Below, piece by piece: positions 24,118-33,974 of a DNA stretch of 64,000 nucleotides. This stretch comes from an uncultured delta proteobacterium (GTDB lineage Bacteria > Desulfobacterota > WTBG01 > CAIYCZ01 > CAIRTM01), in contig CAWDSQ010000016.1 of NCBI GenBank assembly GCA_963804955.1, positions 32,001-96,000 of the forward strand. Reading direction: 5' to 3'. A program made the position numbers and the translations under genes. Position 1 is the first letter of the stretch, and each line of letters starts with the position of its first letter. Below the pieces are notes generated by a model that saw nothing but the letters and a program-made list of their open reading frames with translations, was not told where the DNA came from and ran no database searches.

Positions 24118-24407
24118 AGTACCTCCCCTTTAAAATAATGGTTTTATGGTGTAGTAATTGTAATTAAAATTCTTCTTTAATCGGCTTTAACTTCAAATAC
24201 TACCTTTTTATGGCTTGTAAAATACTGGTGGTGCTGCGGTTCCCCTTTTTTGAGCAGGAGCAAATATACTATATAAAACACCAACACCTCTTCAAAGAAA
24301 AGGTTGCAAAAATTTTCTTGCCGCAATTATGAATCAAGGAAAAATTTAACTTAATAATAAGAGACTGCCTTTAAAACAGTAGAAATGTAAGGGGTAACTG
24401 CGGGGAA

Positions 24408-24779
24408 TCACGCCGGAGAAATCAGTTCGTTAACAAGCTCCACAAGCTTTTTTATGTCAAGGGGCTTTCCCATGACATGCTGAGCGCCAAAAAGCTTGGC
24501 CATTTTAAGACAATCTTCGGAGTGCAGAACGCCGCCGCCGGAAATGGCTATGACCTTTACGTCGGGCTTATGCTTCTTGAGTTCAATGATCAGCTCAAGC
24601 CCGTCTTTTTCAGGCATCAGAATATCGGTTATAATAAGATCGAAGGTCTCATCGCAGGCAGCCTGCAGGCCAGTCTTACCGTTTGTAGCTGTAAAGGCCG
24701 TGTGCCCGGACTGCTCAAAAGCTATCTTCAACAGGGATACGCAATACGGATCGTCATCAATAACAAGAATTTTCGCCAT
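24408..24779 (-). CDS. Single-domain response regulator (CheY-like receiver)
   Basis: VIDDD, TDILMPEKDG, ISGG, KP. Confidence 0.92.
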   Translation of the reverse strand: MAKILVIDDDPYCVSLLKIAFEQSGHTAFTATNGKTGLQAACDETFDLIITDILMPEKDGLELIIELKKHKPDVKVIAISGGGVLHSEDCLKMAKLFGAQHVMGKPLDIKKLVELVNELISPA

Positions 24780-24863
24780 GCATCTACTCAAGGGAACAAA
24801 ATAAAAGCCAGCAGCAATTAATTAACGGAAAAGATGATAGAATAAAAAATCTTTTTTTTCAAA

Positions 24864-27800
24864 TTAAATTGTCTGTAATCCAGGTTTTTTCCGGCGGTTC
24901 AGCCGGCGCTTTGCTCCCTCAAAAAGCGAGTAGCAGACCGGCACAATCAGCAGGGTTATCAAAAGCGACAAAGCCTGGCCACCGATAATAACCTTGGCCA
25001 TAGATGCGCGGGAAGCAGCGCCGGGTCCCGAGCCAAGGGCAATGGGTATCATGCCGGCTATCAGGGTGATGGTGGTCATGAGAATGGGGCGCAGGCGGGT
25101 GCGGTTAGCCTCAAGAATTGCCTGCGTGAGCTGCCTGCCCTGCGCGACCAGCGTATTGGTATAGTCTATCTGCAGAATGCCGTTTTTCTTGACAATGCCG
25201 AAGAGCATGAAAATGCCCAGCAGGCTGTAGATATTGAGCGTATCCCCGAGCAGCAGCAGAGAGAAAAACGCAAAGGGAAGGGTAAGCGGAAGGGCCAGCA
25301 GAATTGTTATCGGGTGCAGAAAGCTTTCGAACTGAGCGGCAAGCACGATGTACATATAAACAAAAGCAAGCACAAAGGCCAGCAGCATATTCGTCATGCC
25401 ATCGCCCATCTGTTTGGCCCTGCCCGTAAAATCGCCCTGGTAGCTCACGGGCAGTTGCATCTCCTGCACAACCGCCTCGATTTTTTCGGTCGCCTTGCCA
25501 AGATCAAGCTTGTCAAGATTTGCAAAAATCGTGACCTGGCGCTGCCGGTTGAACCGGTCGATCTCTGCCGGGCTCTTGCCTTCGGTAAGCTCGGCAACCT
25601 GATTAAGCGTGATCATTCCGGATGTATTGGCCCCGACCGGCAGGCGCGCGATAATATCGGCATCGTTGCGGTCGCGCACATCAAGCCGCAGCCACACATC
25701 ATACTGCTCAACGCCCTCGCGAAATTTCGTGACGCTGTCGCCGCCCACCATGGTGCGAAGGGCCAGGGCGACATCGGAGGCCGAAACGCCGAGGTCTGCG
25801 GCCCTGGGCCGGTCCAGCGTAATGCGCACCTCGGGCTTGCGGGCCACAAGCGAGGTATCCACATCCACAAAGCCCGGCATTTTGCGCAGCCTGCGGGCTA
25901 CTTCATCGGAATATTCCATAAGCCTGCCCAGATCAGGGCCGGTCAGGTTATAGGAAATGGCGTAATTCTGGCGCGCGCTTGATGACACGACCCCTTCGAT
26001 ATCATAAACGCCGGAGCGCAGCTCCGGGTATTTTGAGAGAATCGCGCGCACGTCCTGCATGATTTTTTTCTGAGGGTAGTTTCGCTTGGCAATATCGACG
26101 GTGCCGACATAAATCGTGCCCTGCGTAATATCCTCGGCGCCCACCTCGGTGCTCCCGATCTGCGACAGGGTGGTCGTGATGCCTTCAACCTGCTGAATCT
26201 CGGCCTCAATTTTTTTAAATACCGCATCGGCGCTCGAAAGGCTTGAACCCGCCGGCACGATAAGGCTTACCTGAAACTCGCTGCGGTCATCCGGGGGTAG
26301 AAAGTCTTTGCCCAGCAGCGCCACAAGCGGTACGACCATCAGCACGCAGCCTGCGGCAACAAGAACCGTCAGGCCCCGGTTCCGAAGCGACCACTGCAGC
26401 GCGAACTCATAGCCGTCCTGCAGCAGCTTCCAGATGCGGGTCTCTTTCGACGATGCGCCCGCCTGCTTGCTGGTAAGGAATTTTGCCGACAGCATGGGCG
26501 TGAGGGTGAATGAGATAATAAGAGATATAAAAATGGCAAAGGCCACGGTAAGGCCGAATTCATAAAAGAAGCGGCCGGCCATACCGCTCATGAATGCTAC
26601 CGGCAGAAAGATGACCACAAGCGAGGTTGTGGTGGCCATGACCGCAAGACCGATCTCCTTCAGGCCGTCGATAGCGGCCTGAAGGGGCGGTTTGCCCAGC
26701 TCCTCCATGTGGCGGAAGATATTTTCAAGCACCACGATGGCATCATCGATAACAATGCCGACAGCAAGCGTCAGGCCCAGCAGCGACATGTTGTTAAGCG
26801 TAAAGTCCATTGCGCTCATGAAGGTAAAGGTCGCGATCAGGGATGTGGGAATGGCAACCGCAGCTATGAGTGTTGAGCGCAGGCTGCGCATGAACAGCAG
26901 CACGGACAGGGCCGTAAGAATGCCGCCCAGAATAAGGTGCAGCCGCAGCTCGTCGATGGAGCTTTCGATGAAGCGGGACTGGTCGGCAATGACCGACACC
27001 TTGATGCCGGGCGGCAGCGTCGAAGCGATGTCCTTCAGGCGCTTTTTAACCGCGTGAATGACCTCGACGGTATTGGTGCCCGACTGCTTCTGCACCACAA
27101 GCGATACTGCCGGCGTGCCCGCGCTCCCCGCTTCTTTTTTCCAGAGGCGGGCAAGCGTGCGGGGCTCTTCAACCGAATCCTCCACGCGGCCGATATCGCC
27201 CACCGTGATCTGACGGCCGTTCACCGTGGCGACCACTATCTTTTTAAAATCCTCCACCCGCTCAATGCGCGCAAGCGTGCGCAGCACCTGCTCGGAGTCG
27301 CCGCGGTCGATACGGCCCGAGGGAATTTCAACATTCTGCGTCGCCAGCGCCACTTTCACTTTTGCGATAGGAATGCCGAACGACTGCAGCCGGTCAAGAT
27401 CAAGAAACACATTGATGGCGCGGATCCAGTTGCCCATGGGAATAACCGCACCAACACCGCGTATGTTCTCTATGGCCTCCTTCACCTGCAGGCGCGCGAT
27501 TTCCGATATCTCCTTCATGTCCCGGGGGCCGGTCACGGCAAGGGTCAGGATCGGGATGGCGTCAAAATCCATCTTCGTGATGACCGGGGCTTCCGTGTCT
27601 TCAGGCAGGCGGCGCAACACGGTTGCCACCTTGTCGCGCACATCCTGGGCGGCTTCGGCAATTTTCCTCTCGAGGTGGAACTTGATAATGATGCGCGACA
27701 TGCCCTCCGTGTTGACGGCCCTCAGCTCATCCACGCCCTCAATCGTATTGACCACTTCTTCGATGGGCTTGGTGACCTGCGACTCCACCTCCTCGGGGGA

Positions 27801-27962
27801 TGCGCCGCGCAGAATTGTCGTAACAGTTACGATGGGGATTTCAATATCGGGCATGGTATCCACGCCCAGGGTGCGGTAGGAAAACATCCCGAGCACCACC
27901 AGCAGCAGCGACAGCATGGTGGCAAGAACCGGTCTGCGGATAAAAACGGTTAGATTATCCAT
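24864..27962 (-). CDS. RND efflux transporter permease (AcrB/MdtB family)
   Basis: FIRRPV, GIVIDDAIVVLENI, RLRPILMTT. Confidence 0.97.
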   Translation of the reverse strand: MDNLTVFIRRPVLATMLSLLLVVLGMFSYRTLGVDTMPDIEIPIVTVTTILRGASPEEVESQVTKPIEEVVNTIEGVDELRAVNTEGMSRIIIKFHLERKIAEAAQDVRDKVATVLRRLPEDTEAPVITKMDFDAIPILTLAVTGPRDMKEISEIARLQVKEAIENIRGVGAVIPMGNWIRAINVFLDLDRLQSFGIPIAKVKVALATQNVEIPSGRIDRGDSEQVLRTLARIERVEDFKKIVVATVNGRQITVGDIGRVEDSVEEPRTLARLWKKEAGSAGTPAVSLVVQKQSGTNTVEVIHAVKKRLKDIASTLPPGIKVSVIADQSRFIESSIDELRLHLILGGILTALSVLLFMRSLRSTLIAAVAIPTSLIATFTFMSAMDFTLNNMSLLGLTLAVGIVIDDAIVVLENIFRHMEELGKPPLQAAIDGLKEIGLAVMATTTSLVVIFLPVAFMSGMAGRFFYEFGLTVAFAIFISLIISFTLTPMLSAKFLTSKQAGASSKETRIWKLLQDGYEFALQWSLRNRGLTVLVAAGCVLMVVPLVALLGKDFLPPDDRSEFQVSLIVPAGSSLSSADAVFKKIEAEIQQVEGITTTLSQIGSTEVGAEDITQGTIYVGTVDIAKRNYPQKKIMQDVRAILSKYPELRSGVYDIEGVVSSSARQNYAISYNLTGPDLGRLMEYSDEVARRLRKMPGFVDVDTSLVARKPEVRITLDRPRAADLGVSASDVALALRTMVGGDSVTKFREGVEQYDVWLRLDVRDRNDADIIARLPVGANTSGMITLNQVAELTEGKSPAEIDRFNRQRQVTIFANLDKLDLGKATEKIEAVVQEMQLPVSYQGDFTGRAKQMGDGMTNMLLAFVLAFVYMYIVLAAQFESFLHPITILLALPLTLPFAFFSLLLLGDTLNIYSLLGIFMLFGIVKKNGILQIDYTNTLVAQGRQLTQAILEANRTRLRPILMTTITLIAGMIPIALGSGPGAASRASMAKVIIGGQALSLLITLLIVPVCYSLFEGAKRRLNRRKKPGLQTI

Positions 27963-28059
27963 ATGTATATTGTAAAATTATAAGGTTTAGGTATTCAGAA
28001 ACAGGGCATTAACTTTTATGAACGCATTCTTCGAAAATGCTTATGAGTTTCTCAATCTC

Positions 28060-29124
28060 TCAATTCCCCAATCCTGCATTTTTTTTATTTTCGCGAATTG
28101 TAATTGCTTTGCCGTCAGTAAGCAGCTCGACACCCGTGGTAACGACCTTCTCTCCCTCAGACACACCTTTAGCCACCAGCACGCGGTCATGCATCTTGCC
28201 GGCCGTTTCAATGACGCGCTCAACGGCCTTGCCGTCTTTTGCAACAAACACCCGCGGCGTGCCGGCAAAAGCCGTAACCGCTGTTTCGGGAACGGTCAGC
28301 ATGGTGTCAACTTTCTGAGTCAGGATAGACACCCGGGCAAAGGAGCCGGGCTTGATTTTGCCTTCGCTGTTGTCGATTTCCGCCTCAACGGGAAATGAGC
28401 GCGAATCGCTTGCCACGCTGGGCCCGACGCGCTCTATGGTGCCGGGGAAGGAATAGTCCCGTCCGGCATCGGTATAGGCAAGAACATGATCCTCCTTGTG
28501 CACGTCGCCGGCATAGCGCTCCGGCACATCGCCCTTGAATTTTATCGGATTGAGCCGCACAAGATAAAACGCCGCTGAGCCCGCACGAACGTACTCCCCG
28601 GGATTGACGAGGCGCTTTCCCACGGCGCCGTCAAAGGGCGCCCGCAGCACCGTATCCTCGAGCTTCTTGCGGGCAAGGTCAGCAGCAGCGCGTGCTACAT
28701 TGAGCTTGCGCAGGTTCTCATCCATTTGCTCCTTTGCCATCACATTGTCGGCATGAAGCTTTTGCGCCCGCTTGAAATCAGCTTCGGTCTTCATAAGATC
28801 CGCCTCGGCCTGCGTCTTTTTCCATTCATATTCAACGGGTGTTATACGGCACAGCACATCGCCCTTTTTGACCTGGTCGCCAAGGTCAACCCGCATCTCG
28901 GTAAGCCTGCCATCAACCTCGATTGAGACCGTGGCCTCCTCCCAGGCGGCAAGAGTGCCGGTAATATCGATTCGGCGCTCCACTGCCTCGGACGTGACCG
29001 GAGCAACCTCAACGTTCTGGGCAGCCTCACCGGTTTCCGTATCCTTTTTTTTCCCGCAACCCGGCAGGGCCGATACAGCCAGGAGCACAAGAGCTAAAAA
29101 TATACATGCGTTTTTTTTCATCAT
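28060..29124 (-). CDS. RND efflux periplasmic adaptor (MFP) lipoprotein
   Basis: Lipobox LPGC, VDLGDQVKKGD, LRAPFDG, KPGSFARV. Confidence 0.95.
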   Translation of the reverse strand: MMKKNACIFLALVLLAVSALPGCGKKKDTETGEAAQNVEVAPVTSEAVERRIDITGTLAAWEEATVSIEVDGRLTEMRVDLGDQVKKGDVLCRITPVEYEWKKTQAEADLMKTEADFKRAQKLHADNVMAKEQMDENLRKLNVARAAADLARKKLEDTVLRAPFDGAVGKRLVNPGEYVRAGSAAFYLVRLNPIKFKGDVPERYAGDVHKEDHVLAYTDAGRDYSFPGTIERVGPSVASDSRSFPVEAEIDNSEGKIKPGSFARVSILTQKVDTMLTVPETAVTAFAGTPRVFVAKDGKAVERVIETAGKMHDRVLVAKGVSEGEKVVTTGVELLTDGKAITIRENKKNAGLGN

Positions 29125-29433
29125 CTTTGCTGCTTTTAATATTATATGGTTAATAATTTATAAAGAAGCCAGGCCTGCTCCTTTAAAAAAAGTAAAATCA
29201 AATCCTTAAAAATTTCTAGGAGGAAAAATCTCGAGCTGCCATTATTCTTCAGTTTTTTTAATTATACCATTAAAAACTTCAGAGTCAAATAGATAGCGTG
29301 CAACTTAATTGCTTTTTTAGTTATTTCTTTTTTTGAAAAATGAAAAAAGGAGGGGGCTTACTTGCGGCTCAAGACTGGTGGTAAGCTGATGCGTCTATAC
29401 TCTTTCACTGTTGTCTTGAATGCGCCTTACCGG

Positions 29434-30652
29434 CTAAAAAGGAGTGAGGGATATTTCCACGTTCATAGTTACCGGATAGTCCGTTCCGATCAGCGGAAAG
29501 GGTGATGGAATTGTAGCCAGAAAAACAATCCCAAACGCAAAATCAGGCACCGGAACAACTGTTACGATGGGATGGGATAGGCTTGGGTATTGACTATCGG
29601 CGTCAGGCCGAGAAAGCCTGCTATGCCATAGAGCAAGATCTGCCGGAGATGCCGGCTCAACGGTCAGCTGAACAGAGCCGGCCCCTAAGGTAAGAAAAAT
29701 GAAGGCGTGAAACTCGCTCGGGTCATTTAAAACGGTGTTGACAAACGGAATTGAAAAAGTCTTCGGGGTCTCGGACGTGAGCGTGAAAAAGCTAAAGTGA
29801 TTATTTGAGAATCCTGTTGTTGTTGTCGTTGTCGTTTGAATCCCCCCGTTGAGCAGTGCGGCGGCGCTGTCGACCACGTCGCCGTTCGGAGCTATTGTCT
29901 TATAAACAAAAGCTCCATAGGCATGCGCACCGGTCATATCGGCGTCGGTAAAATCAGTATATACCATCACCGCATCATCAAAGTTGACCTCCCTCAGGTT
30001 CGCGCCGGCAAAGCTTGCATGGCTCAACCCTGTGCCCTTCAGGTCAGACTTCGGCATAACCACAGCATCAAAATTTGCATAATGCAGCGCTGCGCCGGGT
30101 GCGGAGGCAAAAAATGCTGAGCTTTCCGGGCTGAAAAACGGCGTATAACAATTCCCTGCCAGGTCCCATGCGCCCAAACAGGGTAAGCCCGGGTTGCAAT
30201 CCCTGTTGATCTCAATCGCCACGTCACCCGAGGCAGACGGCGCCTTTGAGAACCTGTTCGGCCTTTTCAGTTCGGCGATAATAGATTCATTGTCATACCT
30301 TAACGACGAAATGGTAGCGCAGGCGGGCGTTGAGTCGCCCCAGACAATAGCAGGTTTTTCGCTGTTGCTAACTACAGTAATCGAGAAAGCAACTGAGGCT
30401 CTGACTGCCGGCAGCATCATCGTCCGTGGTTCTCCAGTACATATAGGGATCGGGCGTTGATAATGTTAAAATATAGGTATTATTGTCACTGCTGGCTATT
30501 TTTCTAATGCTTGCGTCCGTTCCGGCCAGCGTATAAATGGCATTGCCCGGCCCGCATGTGCATGTGGCCAGAACTGTTTCGGTCGCGCCGGACAGCAGCA
30601 TCAGGGTTATACACGCAGCACCTATATTTTTAAGTTTTCTATACCATTCCAC
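29434..30652 (-). CDS. Secreted protein with pentapeptide repeats and poly-Thr linker (two ORFs, probably one frameshifted gene)
   Basis: Signal peptide in 30368-30652; A(N/D)(L/F) pentapeptide repeats and TTTTTTT in 29434-30420. Confidence 0.6.
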
Positions 30653-30939
30653 TTGTATTCCTGCTCCTTTATTTATCTATATTTTTTATACTAGCGTTAT
30701 TTTCACTATACCGCAAGAACCTTCTAGCCGCTTTGCGTTCCTTCGTGCCCCTGCGGTGTTCAAGCTGGAACTCAGAACACTCCTTTTTACTACAACAGTG
30801 GCAATTGTTCCTGGTTTCAATCTTTTTTATGGGTAAAAAACAATTTCAGCCTCACTGTTTTACGAACGCCGCTTCTTTGTCATACTCTTTTTTATCGGGC
30901 GGATCCGGTTCAGCTTGATTCAAATCTGGAAGCAGGCGC

Positions 30940-31425
30940 TTATTTTTTTTCAAAAACTTTTATAGCCTGCTCGAATTTGGCCTTGTTTTCAGGGCTCATT
31001 TTCATCAGCGTGCGGTGGGCTGCCAGGATATGATTTGTCATCTCTTTTTCGTCTGCTGCAATGGGTTTTATTTCTTGAAAATCACCACCCACGGTTCCGT
31101 TGCCGTGTAAAATAGTAAACACGCTATCAAAGTCCATGCCTTTGAGAATTTTAAGAATATCATTATCATTATCTGCAACCAGCAGGATGGGTTTTGCCTG
31201 CAGCATGCGTTTGCTGTGAAGGGCTATCTGCGCCAGAAACCCCATGCCGGTGCTGTCGATCCCGGTTGTTTCGGTCATGTCAACGACCACGGGCCTCATT
31301 CCCTTTTCAGCAAGCATTGCCCTCATACATGCTTCAACAGCGGGGCAAAGGCTGAAATGAAAATTCCCGAGGAGCTTAAAGATATAGACATTATTATAGT
31401 CTGCAAAAAAAACCTGGTCCGGCAT
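30940..31425 (-). CDS. STAS-domain anti-anti-sigma factor (RssC-like)
   Basis: VVVDMTETTGIDSTGMGFLA, ILAAHRTLM...EN; coupled to RssB-like gene. Confidence 0.85.
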   Translation of the reverse strand: MPDQVFFADYNNVYIFKLLGNFHFSLCPAVEACMRAMLAEKGMRPVVVDMTETTGIDSTGMGFLAQIALHSKRMLQAKPILLVADNDNDILKILKGMDFDSVFTILHGNGTVGGDFQEIKPIAADEKEMTNHILAAHRTLMKMSPENKAKFEQAIKVFEKK

Positions 31426-31426
31426 A

Positions 31427-32611
31427 TCAGGCCTTTCGCTGAAGCATACAGACGGTGATATCATCCGGCGGCTGTTCAGCCCGGTCCAGATGCAGGATAC
31501 TGGAAAGCAGGGCAATTGATATATCCGGCCGGGAGCATAGCTCAAGAAGAGCCTGTTCCTTATCTTCAAGATTTTTTCCAACAACCCTCTCCAGCAGGCC
31601 GTCGGAAAACATGAATAAAGAAAACTGCCGGGGAATTTCCAGCTGCTCCGCAGTATACTCAGCATCCTCAAAAAGGCCTACGGGGAAACCGTGACCGGGG
31701 ATAAAGCCGGCCTGGTTGTCAACAACAAGAACAGGCCGGGGGTAGTGGCCGCCGACACAATAGTGCAAAAGGCCTTCCTGCCTGTCTATGACGCAGTAAA
31801 ACATGGTCAGATATTTACCCAGGCCGGTCTGCAGGAATTCCGTGTTCAGGTACTCAAGCAGCTTATCGGGCCGGATTATGAGGCTGTCGGCCTGTGTGTG
31901 ATAGCGCCTGAGCAGCTGGCTTATGAGGCTTTTAAGCAGCACGGTGACAAAGGCTGATGAAGCTCCATGCCCTGATACATCGGCAATGTAAAAGCCGAGA
32001 TACCGCTGGTCAATGGAAAAACAATCAAGAAAATCTCCGCTCAAGTAGAGGGAGGGCAGAAGGACATGGGTGAAGACATAATCTCCGAAACTGTCTTTGC
32101 CGTCAGGCAGAAGGCGGGCCTGCACCTGCCGGCCCGCTTCCTGGTCTTCCCGCAGTACGGCTAAACTTGCCGCAAGCTCCCGGTTGGTCGCCTCCAGCTT
32201 TTCGCGGTAGTCTCTGTTTTCCTGCTCGAGCCTTGCCCGGTGCAGGCACTGGGTTACGGTATGCTCCACAACAGCGAGGCTGGGTAAAGGCTTGATCAGA
32301 TACTCCCAGGCGCCCAGCCGTAAGGCTGCGACAACATCCTGTATAAACCCCGCACCTGAAATCATGATAACCGGCAGGCGGGGATATTTCTGCTTTACCT
32401 CTTTTAGAACTTCCAGGCCATTGATACGAGGCATTTGCACGTCACACAAAAGCAGGTCGGGGAGTTGCTGACTCAAAGAGAGCAGCCCTTCTTCACCATC
32501 CTGTGCTTGGCTGACCTCAAAACCCTTTGCTCTCAAACAGCAGCAGATAAGCTCCCGGAGCTGGGGATCATCATCAACAACCAGAATGTGTGCAGAACTC
32601 CCGGTTTGCAT
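31427..32611 (-). CDS. Response regulator with SpoIIE/PP2C-like output (RssB-like)
   Basis: Receiver + coiled coil (EDQEAGRQVQ) + LSGDF, ADVSGHGASSA, FSDG, DDIT. Confidence 0.9.
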   Translation of the reverse strand: MQTGSSAHILVVDDDPQLRELICCCLRAKGFEVSQAQDGEEGLLSLSQQLPDLLLCDVQMPRINGLEVLKEVKQKYPRLPVIMISGAGFIQDVVAALRLGAWEYLIKPLPSLAVVEHTVTQCLHRARLEQENRDYREKLEATNRELAASLAVLREDQEAGRQVQARLLPDGKDSFGDYVFTHVLLPSLYLSGDFLDCFSIDQRYLGFYIADVSGHGASSAFVTVLLKSLISQLLRRYHTQADSLIIRPDKLLEYLNTEFLQTGLGKYLTMFYCVIDRQEGLLHYCVGGHYPRPVLVVDNQAGFIPGHGFPVGLFEDAEYTAEQLEIPRQFSLFMFSDGLLERVVGKNLEDKEQALLELCSRPDISIALLSSILHLDRAEQPPDDITVCMLQRKA

Positions 32612-33296
32612 GCGCTGACTTTCGCATATAACAAATTTAGATCTTTATTTTGAAGTATACCTTTTATGATGAAACTTTTGCCAATAATTCTTGCCTCAAC
32701 CGCTATAAAAAAGGAGGCTCACCTTCCAGGAAAGACCAACTCTCTCCTGGGCATGAAGCAGTTTCCCCTTTTTATTTTTCATAAAGTTTAGAGGTTTGAT
32801 ACGATTCACCAGATGAAGCTCTTTTTTTTAAACTTTTATTGGTATTTGCAAAACCGGGCACGTTACCCCGCTCCCGGGTAGAAGTACCGGTTGCGGTCAG
32901 AGTTTACAGCTCCGGGGGGAAATATGACAGCAATTTAATCACGCGTTGCTGATTACCAAATTCAGTTGCGCCTGCCTTATTATTATGGCAGGATTATCCT
33001 TTTATGGATAAACGATTCATTATCAGAAGTATCATAATAATCAAACCGACTACGTGTTGCTTCCGTAAGAGCTGCATAAACGGTTTATGTCGGCAGCTTA
33101 GCCTGTAATGCCTCACTAGCAGCGCTGTTTGTTTTGCCTGCATGTGTTCCACAAAGGGAGATACCCTTTACCGGTTTTGCAGTGTGCTGGTTGCGCACTG
33201 CGCACCGTTTTAAAATCAGGATATGTCGTAACGGACACTGACCGCTCTTCTCTGTGTAAAGCCATTGCGCACATAAACGTATCATTTGGATGCAGT

Positions 33297-33908
33297 ATGA
33301 CCACTGAAAAACAACGACCGGGGTTCGACCTGAAAATGACGGGTGAAGAAATCAATACGCTCCCCGTTGCAGCCTATGAAGGCACGGTGCATGTCGTGCG
33401 CACTGAGGACGCGCTTGAAAAAGCCGTGCATGCTTTGCGCCGGGAAACCGTCCTGGGTTTTGATACGGAGACGAAACCGAATTTTGCACGGGGCGAAAAC
33501 AATCCGCTTTCTCTCATCCAGTTTGCCGGCAGCAGGGCCGCCTACATCATTCAGCTGCGGCATCTGACGTCATGCGCTCCCCTGCTCAAGCTCTTCTCCG
33601 ATGAGCGCATCATAAAGGCCGGCGTGGACATACCGCAGGACATCGTTAAGCTCAAGGAGCGCATGGGGGGAGACTATAAAGGTTTTGTTGATGTCAGTCT
33701 GGCGGCAAAGCAGGCCGGGCTGAAAAATTTCAGCCTGCGGGGGCTCGCAGCCGTTCTGCTTGGCGTGCGCATAACAAAAGGGATGCGGGTATCAAACTGG
33801 GCGCGCGACACGCTGCTGCCGTCACAGATCAAATATGCCGCCACCGATGCCTGGATCAGCCGGGAACTCTACCTGCGGCTGCAGCAGCCGGAGGCCGGCA
33901 GAATATAA
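33297..33908 (+). CDS. 3'-5' exonuclease (DEDDy, WRN-exo-like)
   Basis: GFDTETKP, SLRGLAA, SNW, YAATDAW. Confidence 0.92.
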   Translation: MTTEKQRPGFDLKMTGEEINTLPVAAYEGTVHVVRTEDALEKAVHALRRETVLGFDTETKPNFARGENNPLSLIQFAGSRAAYIIQLRHLTSCAPLLKLFSDERIIKAGVDIPQDIVKLKERMGGDYKGFVDVSLAAKQAGLKNFSLRGLAAVLLGVRITKGMRVSNWARDTLLPSQIKYAATDAWISRELYLRLQQPEAGRI

Positions 33909-33974
33909 AAGGACCCTGTGCTGAACCGGATCCTTTTTCAACACTGGTTGCTCTTTATACTGAACGGCGCCGCG

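Noticed and set aside
32850..32960. GC-rich patch upstream of the RssB-like gene, considered as a c-di-GMP riboswitch
   Set aside because: No GGCAAA...GAAA...GACGCAAA (class I) or class II core found on either strand.
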